A DNA stretch of 64,000 nucleotides from Cercozoa sp. M6MM (lineage: Eukaryota > Protista > Endomyxa: Ascetosporea): the NCBI GenBank assembly GCA_040357565.1, contig JBDODJ010000052.1. One strand, written 5' to 3'. A program made the position numbers and the translations under genes. Below, piece by piece: positions 17,824 through 30,793 of the stretch (position 1 is the first letter of the stretch; each line of letters begins with the position of its first letter). The notes beneath the pieces were generated by a model. That model was not told the origin of the DNA, searched no databases, and worked only from the letters and a program-made list of their open reading frames with translations.

Positions 17824-17925
17824 CTCTTAGTTCGGTTGGTGGTTTAATTAATCCTGCAGTTCCCCTTTGCTTATACTTGCGCATACTGGGCTCGGGTAAC
17901 GTACGATAAAGGCCGAGACGTTCAG

Positions 17926-18864
17926 TTAAAGGTGCGAGCCCAGTGCATGGATCTCCCTCTGCAGAGTGTTGTTCAGTTTGACACTGCCGATCGCTTCGAA
18001 CAGACGATCCTCACGCAGTCTGCACTCATTCGGTACAAGGAAGGAAGTATAAAAGAGGTCAACGAGGCGGGACAATTATCAAAACTTCATACTGCTCGGG
18101 GCCGTTTTTGAGGATGCGTGCCACGTCGCCGACGCCATCGGCAGTCAGGATCTGTTCTCACACACACCATGCTCAAGTGTTGTGCACACCGGTGCGTAGA
18201 CACACGAATACCTCCTGTCGAAGCGCGACGAGAATACCGGCAGCAGCACGGTATGCGAACGTGTCACCAAACACGAGAAAGCAATCCCACACACGCGCGG
18301 CCACGTCAATGCCGAGACGCTTGGCGAACAGGGTCATGAACCACTCAACGAGGAACATCTCAGCACCCACACCTGCAAAATATACAATCAAACTAAGTGT
18401 CAGTGAGATGCTTTAAACCTGAGTATCAAGGGAGGAGGACAGTACCGACTTCCCGCAGCTTATCGTGTACACGCGAATCGGCGTGCTTGATCACTCGCCA
18501 AAACAATTCGCACCGTGCCTGGACCTACACACGTGGTACCACAGGTATACCAGCCACACAGACAGGCATAGCAGAGGACATAAGTCAACCTGAGCATCGT
18601 CGAGACGCAGGAAGGAATGAAAGTGCGGCGAGTTCAACTGCGAAAACACAAATGGAGATACCAAAACAAACGCAAATGGAGACGCCAAGTCAGAGGACAC
18701 GTACCAAGTTGGCCAAGGCACGGAAGGCGGCGAACTCGGGCATGTGCAGCAGCAGTGAGCCGGCGAGGTAGGACATGCCCTGCGCGTATCCGACATCGGG
18801 CCGGTAGAAGCAGTACGTGTGCAGCAGTCGGCGCAGTGCCGCGTGCATCGGTCCTGCATACGTG

Positions 18865-18942
<78 letters not shown>

Positions 18943-19785
18943 ACAAACACACAGAAACACACAGGACAACTGTACCATCCTTCTGGAAGAAAGCGAGAGT
19001 CGGAAACGTGCGTTCCAGGTCGGTTTCGATCAGTCGCACGGTTTCTTCTCGACCCACAAGTGTGGCTACACAGCAAATGACATACAGGTAGGCACAATGC
19101 ACTCAGTGCGACAGGCAGTGCAACACAAGGCTACAAAGCGAGTCGGTGTCGTCGTCGTTCTCGATACTCAAACGAGCGCGTTGAGCGAACGCGTCAAACA
19201 ACTCTGGCGTCACCATCAGCGCATTGCCTACAAGGAGACACATACACACATGTATTTATAAATATATAAATATATATATATATACATATATATTTCAATA
19301 CACTACAGGGAACGGACCAATGAGCAGCGACCACAACTTGCCACGGAACTGCGGCGGCACGCCCTATAGCAAGAGAGACATAACCAGAGATAGATTAGAG
19401 ACATAGAGTAGAGGACATAGAACGGGTAGGGGGAAGCATACCACTCGGAAAACAAGGTCCCTGACACGCGAAGACTCTGGCGACTTCTTGGGATCCCACC
19501 TGCCAGGCACACATACACACGTAACAGCAACATACACCTGAAGTAATGCAAACACAAGTCACTTGGGCAGTATCTTGTCACGCCACACGGAAACACTTTC
19601 CGCTAGTCTTCGCTCCCTCTATGTGCAAGCACACAGATGACCACATGTCACACATGTATTGGCAAAAGCACTCTACGTGCGTGTGTACCTGTGCCCTGCG
19701 TCGCATCTCGTCGGCATTGCTATCGTCGGCGCCTTCGGCTTTCGGACGGCGTCTCTGTGTGTTACGGATACGACACACACCCACA

Positions 19786-19836
<51 letters not shown>

Positions 19837-19846
19837 NNNNNNNNNN

Positions 19847-19895
<49 letters not shown>

Positions 19896-21248
19896 CAGTA
19901 CCTGTCGACGCAGCTTCTGTCGGTAGCGCGACATTGAGATGCGCGGCTGAATCGACGCACTGCGCGACTGCCGCGTGGCGCTGCCGCTGCCGCTGCTGCC
20001 GCCCGTGAGGTTCGTCGGCGGCACATCGACCGTGCTGGGTCGAGGCACAGCAGGCGATGCCTCATCGACGTCGCGCCACTCGCTCGTTCGCGGCGACGGT
20101 GTTCGCGCACGTGTAAACCACGTCGACACGGCCCGGAAGACGTTGCCCACGCTCTAAATGAGACATACGATGTATCTAACAATGCGATCGGTTGGTAGCC
20201 ACACTCACAGGTACCTGAGCACGGTGCCGACGAATCACAGGCACAGAGGAATCGCGATCCACGAGCGATGCGATGTCGACACTGCCGTTGGCGCTGTCGC
20301 TGGCAGGTGCCTCCTCCTCGTCGCGGTCGATCGGTCCCGAGCTGCTGTTGGTCGTGCTGAGCGAATGATCCAGCGCCGCGTCGCTCACGGTGTCGTTCGT
20401 TGCGCCGATCGGTGTCAGTGTGGCCACCTGCAGGACGGGGGGGGGGGGGTACAGGAACACACAGACACAGACACAAACAGAGCCACCTGAGCAATCGAAC
20501 GCTGCGACTGGAACCTCGGCGCTCCGTCGGTGCGCACGCTGTCGTTGGTGAGAGTGCCGGCCAGCGTGTGTCCGCTCAGCTGCAGCGGTGTCACCTCGTC
20601 CTTGCTCTGATTGAGACAAGGGATATATACAATATACAGGCTTCTTTTTTGACGATGAGGTGGGAGGGTATGCTACCGGAGAGGCACAGAAATTCGACGA
20701 CTCGGGACGGAAGTAATCTTGGGTCAGTTGCAGCTGCTTACAGCAACAAACGTTGAGACCACGTGCGACATTAGGGGGGAGGGGGTGGGAAATACACACA
20801 CGCACGTGTACCAACTGCTGCGTGATACACACGGTGTGATCGCCTCCGCATTCGACCGACAGCACGTCCATGCACTGATCACACATGCGTCACACATAGT
20901 GCAGTGTACACATACAAGTGAGTGCATGCGAACCTCCAATGCCTGCACTCGCTCGGGCCGACTGACGGTGCGCGAGGTTCCGTGACCGAGTTGACCGTGT
21001 TGGTTGTCACCCCAGGTGTACAGTGCACCGTCCGCACTGAGCACAGGAGACATGGACACCAGAGCATGGACACGAGTCGCTATAGCAGAGGAAGGTAATA
21101 CCATCGTGCGGCCGAATGGAAGGCACCGGCAGCCACTCCGACAAAGTGGGTGTCCTGCACAGGCACACCACGCGGCGACGCCAATGCAGGCCCAATGCCG
21201 AGACCTGCAGAGCATCCACTCCCTTGCTTTCATACAGACACACACACA

Positions 21249-21300
<52 letters not shown>

Positions 21301-23148
21301 GGCAAGAAACAAGGAAAGCAAACCTAGCTGTCCAAAGTCGTTGCCACCGCACGCGTACAGCTGTCCTGAAGCCGAGACACACAGCGTGTGATGGTATCCG
21401 CACGCCACATCGATGATCACCGGAGACGTCGTGCCTTCGAACTTTATCTGCACACATTGTAGCACATTACACCTCCAAAGACTCATCCCATCGGACAGAC
21501 TGAGTTCCTCTCTACCTGACTTGGAAGGGACTGGTCGCGTGTCGACAACTGACCGTCGCCAAGCCGGCCACCCAGCGAACAGCCCCACCTGTGCACATGT
21601 GCAATTGATACAAAACCTGCACTCACTGCAGAAATAAAGAGGCACGTGAGAAGAGCGCCATCGTCGGTGACGGCAGCAGCGTGCGACCAGCCGCAGCTGC
21701 ACCGACACAAGGCGACATACTCACAAACAACACAGACAGTGAAGAACAAGCACTACGCTATGCGTGTAACGATGCGCCGACGCAAGGCACCAATCGGACG
21801 CGGCATCGAGACGCGGTGAACCTCTTTGCCTTGTCCCAAACGTCCGTGCGCATTGTCTCCTGCCGCAACACATCTCAACACTCAACAACTCGCATGGCAT
21901 AGATTAACGCACCCCACGAGAACACAGAGCCGCACTCGGCCAGCGCAACGCCGAAATCCGAACCTATATCGAGGATGCACATTGATTGTTACAGCCTTTC
22001 CACTCTTATGCACAAGGAAAGACACCCCAGGCATGCACAAGGAAAGACACCCCAGGCATGCACAAGGAAAGAACAGGGTACCAACAGCAACAGCACGGAA
22101 ACGAACGTCGGCAGGATTGACGTGCTGCACGGTCTCGTCCGTGTTGATGGAGGTCTCCACGAGCGGCATCTCGCCGATCGCCTCGCTGATTGGCGACTCG
22201 GTCGTGTGCGTGCTCAGGTCAAAGTCGGCGCTCCCGTTGTTGGCAGTGTTGCGCCCGCTGTGCCTGCTCTGTGGACAAACACTGCCGGTGCTGACTCCTG
22301 TGTCGTTGCCCAGACTGTCGACGTCGGACACCTCACTCTCCGAGTCGTATCTGTGCAGAGCACATAGATAGGTTATTCACTACGTGGCAAGGGAACAAGG
22401 GAACAAACCCAAGGTGCATTCTCTCCGGCTCGATTCCGAGGTCTTCGTCGAGCTCGTCCAAGAGGTCATCGTCCATCGCATGCAAGTCCCAGCGCCATCT
22501 GCCAATACATAAACAAACATAAATACATATACATGCACAAGTACATACTCAAAGTCCCCCCTACGCTAGGCACACAGGAACAACACAATTCTCAACTCAC
22601 AATCCGCCGGCTTCATCAACGACGACCGTTTGCTTGCGTCCACATGCCACCTATTGAGCAGGCAAGGGGGTGTGGTTGTACAGACAACAACAACAATGGA
22701 CACGACAGTAGATACCGCAGTGAGCGGTCCAATTTCGCCATGCGGAGCCAAGCGAAAGCGTTTCCTGCACACACACAATGCAAAGGCACAACGTCAAGGC
22801 ACCATACCAGAGAAAGAGAAGAAAGATAGAAAAAGAGAGAGAGAGAGAGCGCGCGCGCGCAACAGAGGTACCTCAGAGGAGGCTGCAGTGGCACCGAACC
22901 TGGCGCAGGTGCATGCGACCCAAACCGCAGCGCCGCCGCACTCTGCTGCAGCAATGCGTCAATCTCTTCGTTCGTTAGTGGCTCCTCGGCACTCTCGTTC
23001 TCCTCGCGGCTGCTGCAGAAATACACGCTCCTTTCAACCCACTTTGGTGGCGGAGTGCGAGTGCATACCTGTCGAAGAACGAGGCCGGAGCAGCCGACGA
23101 AAGCAAGCCCTGACGAAGATTAACACACATTTTCAATTGTGTTAAAAC

Positions 23149-23198
<50 letters not shown>

Positions 23199-23208
23199 NN
23201 NNNNNNNN

Positions 23209-23293
<85 letters not shown>

Positions 23294-24050
23294 CTGTTCA
23301 TATAGAGAAAGCGTACCGCTTGCAGTAAACGTCGCAAAACAGCGTCAGCGGAAATTCTTTCGCGAGCGAAACCGCGTCGCAACAGCCAACTGATACAAGA
23401 AAACAACTCTCACCAGAGTCGTGAAAGATGTTCGGATAAGCACTACCGTCTGGCATCGGTCAAGAAGAAACACTGCTTCACTTGTCGCAGTCGAACGCGA
23501 CGGTCCTTGACATCGATGCCGCCTACGTTGCGCGGACGACTCATTTCGCTTACGATGCGTCGCAACTCGTGCGGCGTCAACGCTTCGGCATCCTGACACA
23601 ACGGCAATCGTAGGTCAACAACTCAACAAAAAACAAGCAAACGAAAGAGCACAGCGACGGAAGACACAGCGGTGGCAGATGCCACAACCGACGATCTCGC
23701 CAGTGTTCTTGAACGAGGCACTGAAGCAACAGGAGAGTGCAGTATCGAAAAGTAATCACAGCAAAAAGGTGCAACGCACGTGCACGGAAGCCTTGTCCCC
23801 ACACATACAGGTCACCGGATCGAGTCACCGTTCCGACCTGTCTGTGTCCAACGCTCAACGAACGCACCGAAGAGGAAGGTAAGGACTCGACCAAACGCGG
23901 CGTGTACTGCACAGCATCGCACTATTGTTGCATCGTGATAGATAGTATGTCGGTCGGAGAAGCAATGCATCCGCGCGGAAGTAACGATACCGAAATATCA
24001 GGATCAGCGTCTTGCGACAGTCTACCCCAAGCCCACACCAGGATTGACAT
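17926..24050 (-). CDS. RCC1-repeat + TBC (Rab-GAP, TBC1D12/14-like) multidomain protein
   Basis: RCC1 repeats (LSVGHRQVGTVTRSGDLYVWG, CGWSHAAAVTDDG, VACGYHHTLCVSASGQLYACGGNDFGQLG, LYTWGDNQHGQLG, VECGGDHT) are followed by a TBC domain (GVPPQFRGKLW, IETDLERTFP, GYAQGMSYLAG, FLVEWFMTLF, AARVWDCFLVFG). Linker exons were not fully resolved. Confidence 0.8.
22008..22072. repeat. 25-bp tandem repeat ATGCACAAGGAAAGACACCCCAGGC, 2.6 copies (intronic)
   Basis: Read directly from the sequence. Confidence 0.92.
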
Positions 24051-24346
24051 CGGCGCTGCAGAGAACAATGCTGTATCATCTGAAATGAGCGATCAAAGAG
24101 CATCAGGTGGTACATTTGATGTCGAAGCTTTAACACCAGGCACGCTGCTGGCGTAGCCAGTGCAATTTCGCACTCCAAACACTCCCCCACGTCGGTCTAC
24201 AATCGAAACAGCGACTGTCTGGTCGACAGTCAAGCGGCCAAAAGGAGCGCCGGAGATCTGATATAGCTTTTATGTTTGTGCGTCGCAGCATCTAAGGCCG
24301 TATAGTGGTCATAATGCACTAAGTTGGAGTGCCATTTGTTTCTGAA

Positions 24347-27300
24347 ATGGAGCGGGCGGAAAGACTGCTCCAACTTGGGTGAGTTTTTCGTGGTCTACGC
24401 AGATGAGGAGGAATGTTGCTTTGTTTGCAGAGTGTCAGAGAGACAGGTGTCGCGACGAGTACTGCGTGGTTCGTTTTTTTAATTTCAAAGTACTTTACGT
24501 GCTTCATTCTCAGACACGTAGGATGCCTGAAACGCGACCACCTGGCCTTGTTCAAGCAGTTAGAGGAGGCATGCCAAGAACCATCGCTTGCAGCCGAGTT
24601 GCCTCTGCTGGTGGCGGCGCTGCTTCCACATCTATTGGAGGGAGACAAAACGAGAAGGCATCTTGTGTTGCGAGCCATTCTTTTACTTCCGCCCAGTTCC
24701 ATCAAAGATCGGGTATTTAGAACACTTGTTTTCCGTGTGTGCTTTCATCTGTTTGGTTGTAGATACTTAAGCACATGGCCACACTACTGAAACCGCGTCA
24801 AACTGGCCAAAACCGTCGCTGGACTTCACCGCTTCATGTGCTGTGCGCACGCGCTTACGCAGGCGCGTCTGTGCCCAATATGCACCGACAGTAAGCTTTA
24901 TCATATCAGGATTCCTGTGCGCGTATACCTGTGCACACGTGTAGTGTGTTGATGACGTGTGTGTCATTGGACGACCTGCACGCGCAGCTGCGAGAACGAC
25001 ACACCGAACTGAATGAATTTCGTTCGCGTATTCGCAATGTTGCCGACTGGGACGCCTTGTGGAAGGAGTATCGTTTCGCCCAGCTTCCAAATGCGTGGCG
25101 GATTTTGATTGATGCTTTGTGCAGGCACGGGGATAACGGAACCCTGTCGTTGTCGTGTAAGATGGCCAATCTCGACGATGAATCGGCCAAGAAACTGCAT
25201 GCCATCTCAAACATTGTACTCTCTGCAAATGTATGCTCGGCTGTCCAGTGTAAACCACACTGTGCTTTCGACAGGCGAGAAGAATACGCGCCAAGACGAA
25301 TTCTCTCATTAGGTTTCGCGAGGAGGATGCGTACACTTTCTGCAAAGACGCGGTGTGTGTGTGTGAATGAGTGTACCATATGTACGCGTACGTAGCACAA
25401 GACACGTGGTGCTGTCGTCCGAGTACCGCAATGCGGTGGCGCTGTGTCTTCGACCGCACTTGGGACAGCAGGCACTGCACTCCTTCTTTGCAACGCACCT
25501 TCTGCAGTTGCCGCAGTACGCACAACTTGAGACCGAGTACATGCAGCGCGCTGCTGTTTTGGGTAGTCACACACCTCAAGTCATATCTACTATCACTGCT
25601 TGCTGTTGTTTAGCAAAGTCAACGCAGAAACGACGACGACTTTCGCGTCTGTGTGCACTGTGTACCAACAGTCAGTCGAACCGCTACCGCTCAACAGTGC
25701 CTTCAACACACCCTGTGTTGTTCAATGCCTTGTACCATCTTACTTGAAGCCCGTTGCAGTGTTGAGTATCAAGGTATGTTTGCCCGGTGTGGTAGGCGAA
25801 GTGCGGGTGTTGAGGTATCTCACCTCGTCGTGTGCAACCGATGCGATCTGGCACTGCGACGTCGCAAGTCAGTCGGCGTGACACCTGATCTACTGGAGCG
25901 TGTCGTCAGTCAGCATGGCGGTAGCTACCTTGAATTCTGCGCACCATCGTCGACTTTCTTGGTATTCAGTCGCACTTCAGTGCCCTTTCAGTCCTGTGAT
26001 TGGCCTCATTTTAGCAGGCGGAAAGGCAGCGAGCTCGATTGGCGGTATTGTACCTGCTGGAGTTTCGACTTGGAGTGTCTCAGCCAACGCTGGTGGAATG
26101 CGAGTACGATACAGTCGACCAGCTCACGTGCTTGCGTGCTGCCAGATACCTGTGTCGGTTTCTTCTGCGGGCCAATCAAGTAGGCGCACTTTACTACTCC
26201 CTGCATCTGTTTCAACGTATGCAAACAATTGTAGTCGTGCCCACTGGCACTTATGCTCTGCTTGCGTCTGTTCGAAGTCGAATCTGACGCCCCGGAACAC
26301 GCAGAGTGCGCCGGCAGACTGTTTGCACACCTCGCTGTGCAGTTCTTGTACAGGTAGTTCTGTACCTCTTATTCTTTCCTCCCTTATCTCCTTGAACTTC
26401 CTTGAGTATTTTTGAACAACCATAGTGCACAAACGCGCGCACTGCCGACCGTGGTGGCTTTCTTCGTGTCGCAAGTGCGCTCGCGGAACTTGATATCGCA
26501 GATCGTACGGACACGACTCGAGTGCGTTTGCTCTTTTGTTTGAGCGATTGCTCCCTGGATGTGTGTATAAATGTGCAGACAAGTGCTTCAAGCCATTGAG
26601 GCAGAAAGCACGATCGAATGTGAAAGTGAGAACCAGAGAATTCTCGACTTTTGCTCCTCTCTCAGCGGGTACACTCTGCATAAGGGTAATGAGTACAGGT
26701 GACTGATATACGCTGTGTGTGTAGTGTCGTCGATCAAGTTGACCAAGACGCACTGTTTGAGTCGGTTTCGGCGCTGTCTCTTTGCATCACTGCAAGGGTA
26801 CCTCACTCTGTTAGGAGAAGCATCATAAAAGGATGCTATCATTTTGCGCTTGAATAGATTAAACGAAGCCGCACAGTACATGAGAAGGAAGTGCCGTACT
26901 CTTCGCATCAAGTGGCGCTATCGCACGCCGATAGAGTCGAAATCTTGCGCACTACGCTGCGACAGCAGCTGCAAGATGCCAAACAGGATCGACACGCCAT
27001 GTCGAGTCTCCTGCGGTCCTTCTTCTTGCGGTAGTGCTTTCTTATCGTACTTTATGTTCCGACTCTCGGACTATGGTTTGCCCACAGAACCCTGGTTCTA
27101 GCCGTGGTGACGGGCAACACGATGGAGCTCACACTGGTTTGCCAGGAGGTGCGCTTATTTGCGCCAGCTGCCGTTGCTGCCTTTCAGACAGGCGTGCAAC
27201 AGATGTTGCTGCCAGACATGGTGAGTTTAGTCTATCAGGGAAGTTTACTTTTCGTACGAGGCCTTTGTTTGTGCAGACCATGCGACGATGGCAACGCGAG

Positions 27301-27746
27301 GCTGGCATGCCGCTGTGCGCGCAACGTGTGCAACAAAAGCAGCACGAGGATCCGTTCGGTTTCGAACATTGGTCAGTGCTCTGGCAGCCACCTTCGATGC
27401 AGAGTCTGAAGCAAGGCAGTCTGAACGATCTCTCGGTATCGATTTTAGTCGAACCTTGTGTCTTCTGTGTGTCCGATGCTCCCTGGACGACCACCTGCAG
27501 GATGAGGAACCTCCGATGGAGGAAGGATCCGACGATGAAAACGACGAGAGCGACCAGTCGGACTTTGACGGCTTTGGTGACTTTGCCGACGACGGTCTCT
27601 TGTCCCTGTCGTCTATGAACACAAACAACAGCGCGGGTGCCAGTGTGTCTTCTGAGGAGTCCAAGAGCAGCGAGGATACGCCCGTGAGCACTGACAGCGC
27701 CGACGCTGCTTTGATGGGTACCCAGTTCGACAACTTGTTTCAATAA
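24347..27746 (+). CDS. Hypothetical multi-exon, mostly alpha-helical protein with acidic C-terminal tail
   Basis: Begins MERAERLLQL|gtgagt, with regular GT-AG exon/intron alternation. Last exon DEEPPMEEGSDDENDESDQSDFDGF...FDNLFQ-TAA. No recognised domain. Confidence 0.6.
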
Positions 27747-27985
27747 ATCGTCGACAATTAAGTAAGCCGGCTCGATGGAGTCACGCATTGAGAATTCCCA
27801 CACTTAATCGAAAGAACGGCTATGCTACTTGCAGTTGCGTTGTTGGTTCTTCGCGTCGGCGTGTCAAGCTATAAATACGCTTTTGTTTTTCGTTCAATCG
27901 ACTCCTACTAAGACGCGACGCCACCCGCCGCGCGCCGAATCGAAGATAGGTTCGTCAAAGTGACAGTGACTTTGCGTCGCGTGGT

Positions 27986-28348
27986 CTACTCCTCAGCCGT
28001 GACGACGCGGCGCAGCTTAGCGTAGATGTGCAACATGAGTACACATGTGATGAAGCCGACCGAAAGCATCATCACGTGCGTCGGCGGGCTGGAAAACAAA
28101 AACAAAAAAAAAACATGAAACCGGAAAAAGCGAAAAATGTGACCAGATAAATTGATGATCGGGAGTACAGCTTGATGCCAGGCGTGTCCTCCTCAGGGGC
28201 TTGCTGAGCGCGCGCCGCTTGCGGCTTTCGCCTTGCCATGCCACGAGCCTGCAAACACAGCCAAAAACTTGCCACATGCCCAAAAATAAATTCACGCCCA
28301 TACGCACTAATGCAAGCCACGTGGCCCCGACTCGGTGCGTTTTACCAT
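27986..28348 (-). CDS. SEC61B: Sec61 translocon beta subunit
   Basis: Spliced product M|ARGMARRKPQAARAQQAPEEDTPGIKL|PPTHVMMLSVGFITCVLMLHIYAKLRRVVTAEE matches the Sec61-beta ED(S/T)PG.K..P..V..S..FI..V..LHI..K pattern. It is not present as a whole ORF in the track. Confidence 0.9.
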
Positions 28349-28504
28349 TGCTGTGTGTCTTCCCGATACTGTTCAGCCACAGTTCAGCGCACAGGACTTC
28401 CTCTCCTGCTCTCTTGTCGGAGCTCCGATTAAGGCGCTAAATATAAAGAACAGCGGAATTGGGCCCGCCACAAGCACCGCTGAGCGCCTGCCAATGACCG
28501 ATCG

Positions 28505-30545
28505 ATGGAAGTGCTAAAGGAGTCGTTCTGGCCAAATTCGCAGCCTGAATTTTGCGCGTAAAACCAATTAAAATTGATTCAATCCCCAAAGGCTCGGCAA
28601 ACCTTGTTGCAGAGTGAAGCGAGACTACTCGCAGTACGAAGGCACTGCAGTTAGCAGTGATGAGCTGGATCGGTTGTGTTGCCCGGAGGAACTTGTTCCG
28701 AGTGTCCTCGAACTGCTTGCCGATGCTGAGACGAGGGTGCAGCAGATCGATCGCGTCCCGTATTGCCCACTTTAACCTCGTTTCTCCTTCACTGTGGCCT
28801 CTTTACCCCCATTCGGTTTAAACTCCTCTTTGTGATTAAAGAGCAAGTAAGATGACAGTCGACCGCTTCAATGACGAGTTCGACCGAAGGAATGTGCCAG
28901 TTCTATTGGAGAATGCAACCGCCGGTTGGAAATGCATGCAGTGCTGGACGACTGATTCTCAGTCAGGTGGCAGGAAGGTGAACGTTCAGTACCTCAGTCG
29001 AGAGTACGGAACTGCCAAAGCCACGCTCAGCAATTGCAGTTTTCAAGAGTGGGAAACGACTTCTGTCCAGGAAGGTAGTGTTTTCGTGCATCTGAGGCAG
29101 TTGCTGCTTGGAGAAGCAAAGGTGTGACATGGCCCACAGGAGTGACTGTCGCGAAGTTTTTGCAAAGTCTTGATGCGACCGAAGTCGAAGCGGATGTCTC
29201 GCGCCACTTTTCTGTATTTACGCTATTGTTCGAGCGACTGTTTTACATCTATTGACTGTATTTGTACAGGTACAAGAAGCGGTGCAAGAGGTTTATGGCG
29301 CCTTTCAGCAGCACAGATCACGAGCGTACTACCTGCGCGACCTCACCTTGTTCCGCCAGTGCAAATCTGCGATGCGAGAGTTCGACTTGCCTGCCGTCTT
29401 TGCTGACGACTGGTTCAACGTTCGTTCGTGTATTTTTTACCCGTTTCTTTTTGATTATCTTTCTTTTTGTTTAGGCACATTGCGATCGAGAAATGCTTGC
29501 TGAGGACTACAGATTTGTATATTTGGGTGCCAAGGACAGCTACACGCCGATGCATCATGTACGTTGCTCTAATAATACCAGTTGTATCATATCATCGCTT
29601 CCTGTATACTTACAGGACGTGATGAGATCGCACTCGTGGAGTTCGAATGTTTTTGGAACCAAGTTGTGGATCATGCTGCCACCATGCGACAAGCACTTAC
29701 TCATGGACTCTACGAATACCCACATGATTTCTAATGTACTCTTCTGCGATAGCACTGTGTATGATTGCGTAATCCTGTATTCTTGGCCTGCAGTTGTTTC
29801 ACGTCGACTGGCCGTCGGTGAACACGACAGTGCCACGTTTGCAAGGTGACACGCAGCCGCATTTTTTGATGGCGAGGGAAGCTTTGCGTCGTGCTGTCGT
29901 GTACCCTCTGTTTTGCTTCCTTTTTGTGATCTGGAGTTGTCTTTATGTGTATTCAAACCCTAGCTTTGTGCAACGGGCCGGCGATGCTGTTTTTGTTCCC
30001 AGTATGTTCACAATAGTGATTTGTATGTTTCTTCTGTCTGCGACTGAGTATGCTCTGTGTTTGTACGGTTCAGGTGGATGGTACCACCAGGTCCACAACG
30101 TCGGCAGCATCACTGCCTCCATCAACCACAACTGGGTCTCACGGTTTTGTGCCGATCTTGTGTTTGCGCACTGGTACGACGCGCTGCGCTTTCGGGTGTT
30201 CCCTGCCACCTACCACCGGACTGCAGGTAATTCATCCTCTGTGAATAATATCAGTTACATTGGCAGTTTACGCGGTTGACCTTGCTGTGCGCTGGTTCGA
30301 CGCCGACAGAAGAAGAAGAGGTGCCGGATGAGGTGTGGCGGCAATGCGATACGGCCCTGTGCGGCGAGGCTGGTTTTGACGCCTGGCGCATCGCTGCCCT
30401 GGTGGAGACAGGACTAAGCTCGAGCCGTGCCGCCGTGCTTGATGATGAGTTCGCGCGCAAGTTTCGGGACATGCAGCGCGTCGTGCGAGAGGCTCGCATC
30501 TTTCACTTGCCGGCACTCCATGGCCATTCCGTTCCAAGATCGTAG
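28505..30545 (+). CDS. JmjC-domain 2OG-Fe(II) oxygenase, JMJD4-like
   Basis: Motifs NVPVLLENATAGW, YYLRD, PAVFADDWFN, DYRFVYLGAKDSYTPMHH|DVMRSHSWSSNVFGTKLW (HxD) and QRAGDAVFVPSGWYHQVHN..SINHNW. Confidence 0.88.
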
Positions 30546-30793
30546 TCTGAACCGAACTTGCTCAAGTTCGCGTCGCGTCGGCTCGAGCCGATGCGGGTAA
30601 TTCATTAATTTAGTTGTTACGTGCGCCGAATTCTAATTCAATAATGAACTCAATCTATCGAAACTGTCGCATCGCAGTGAACCGAACATAAACTGAACTC
30701 CGTTATCCGAGTCGTACGGTACAGTAGTTATCAAAGCGAAGTTACTACGCTACCCGACCGTACAAAGGCAGTCAGGTACAGCAATTTGATGAA

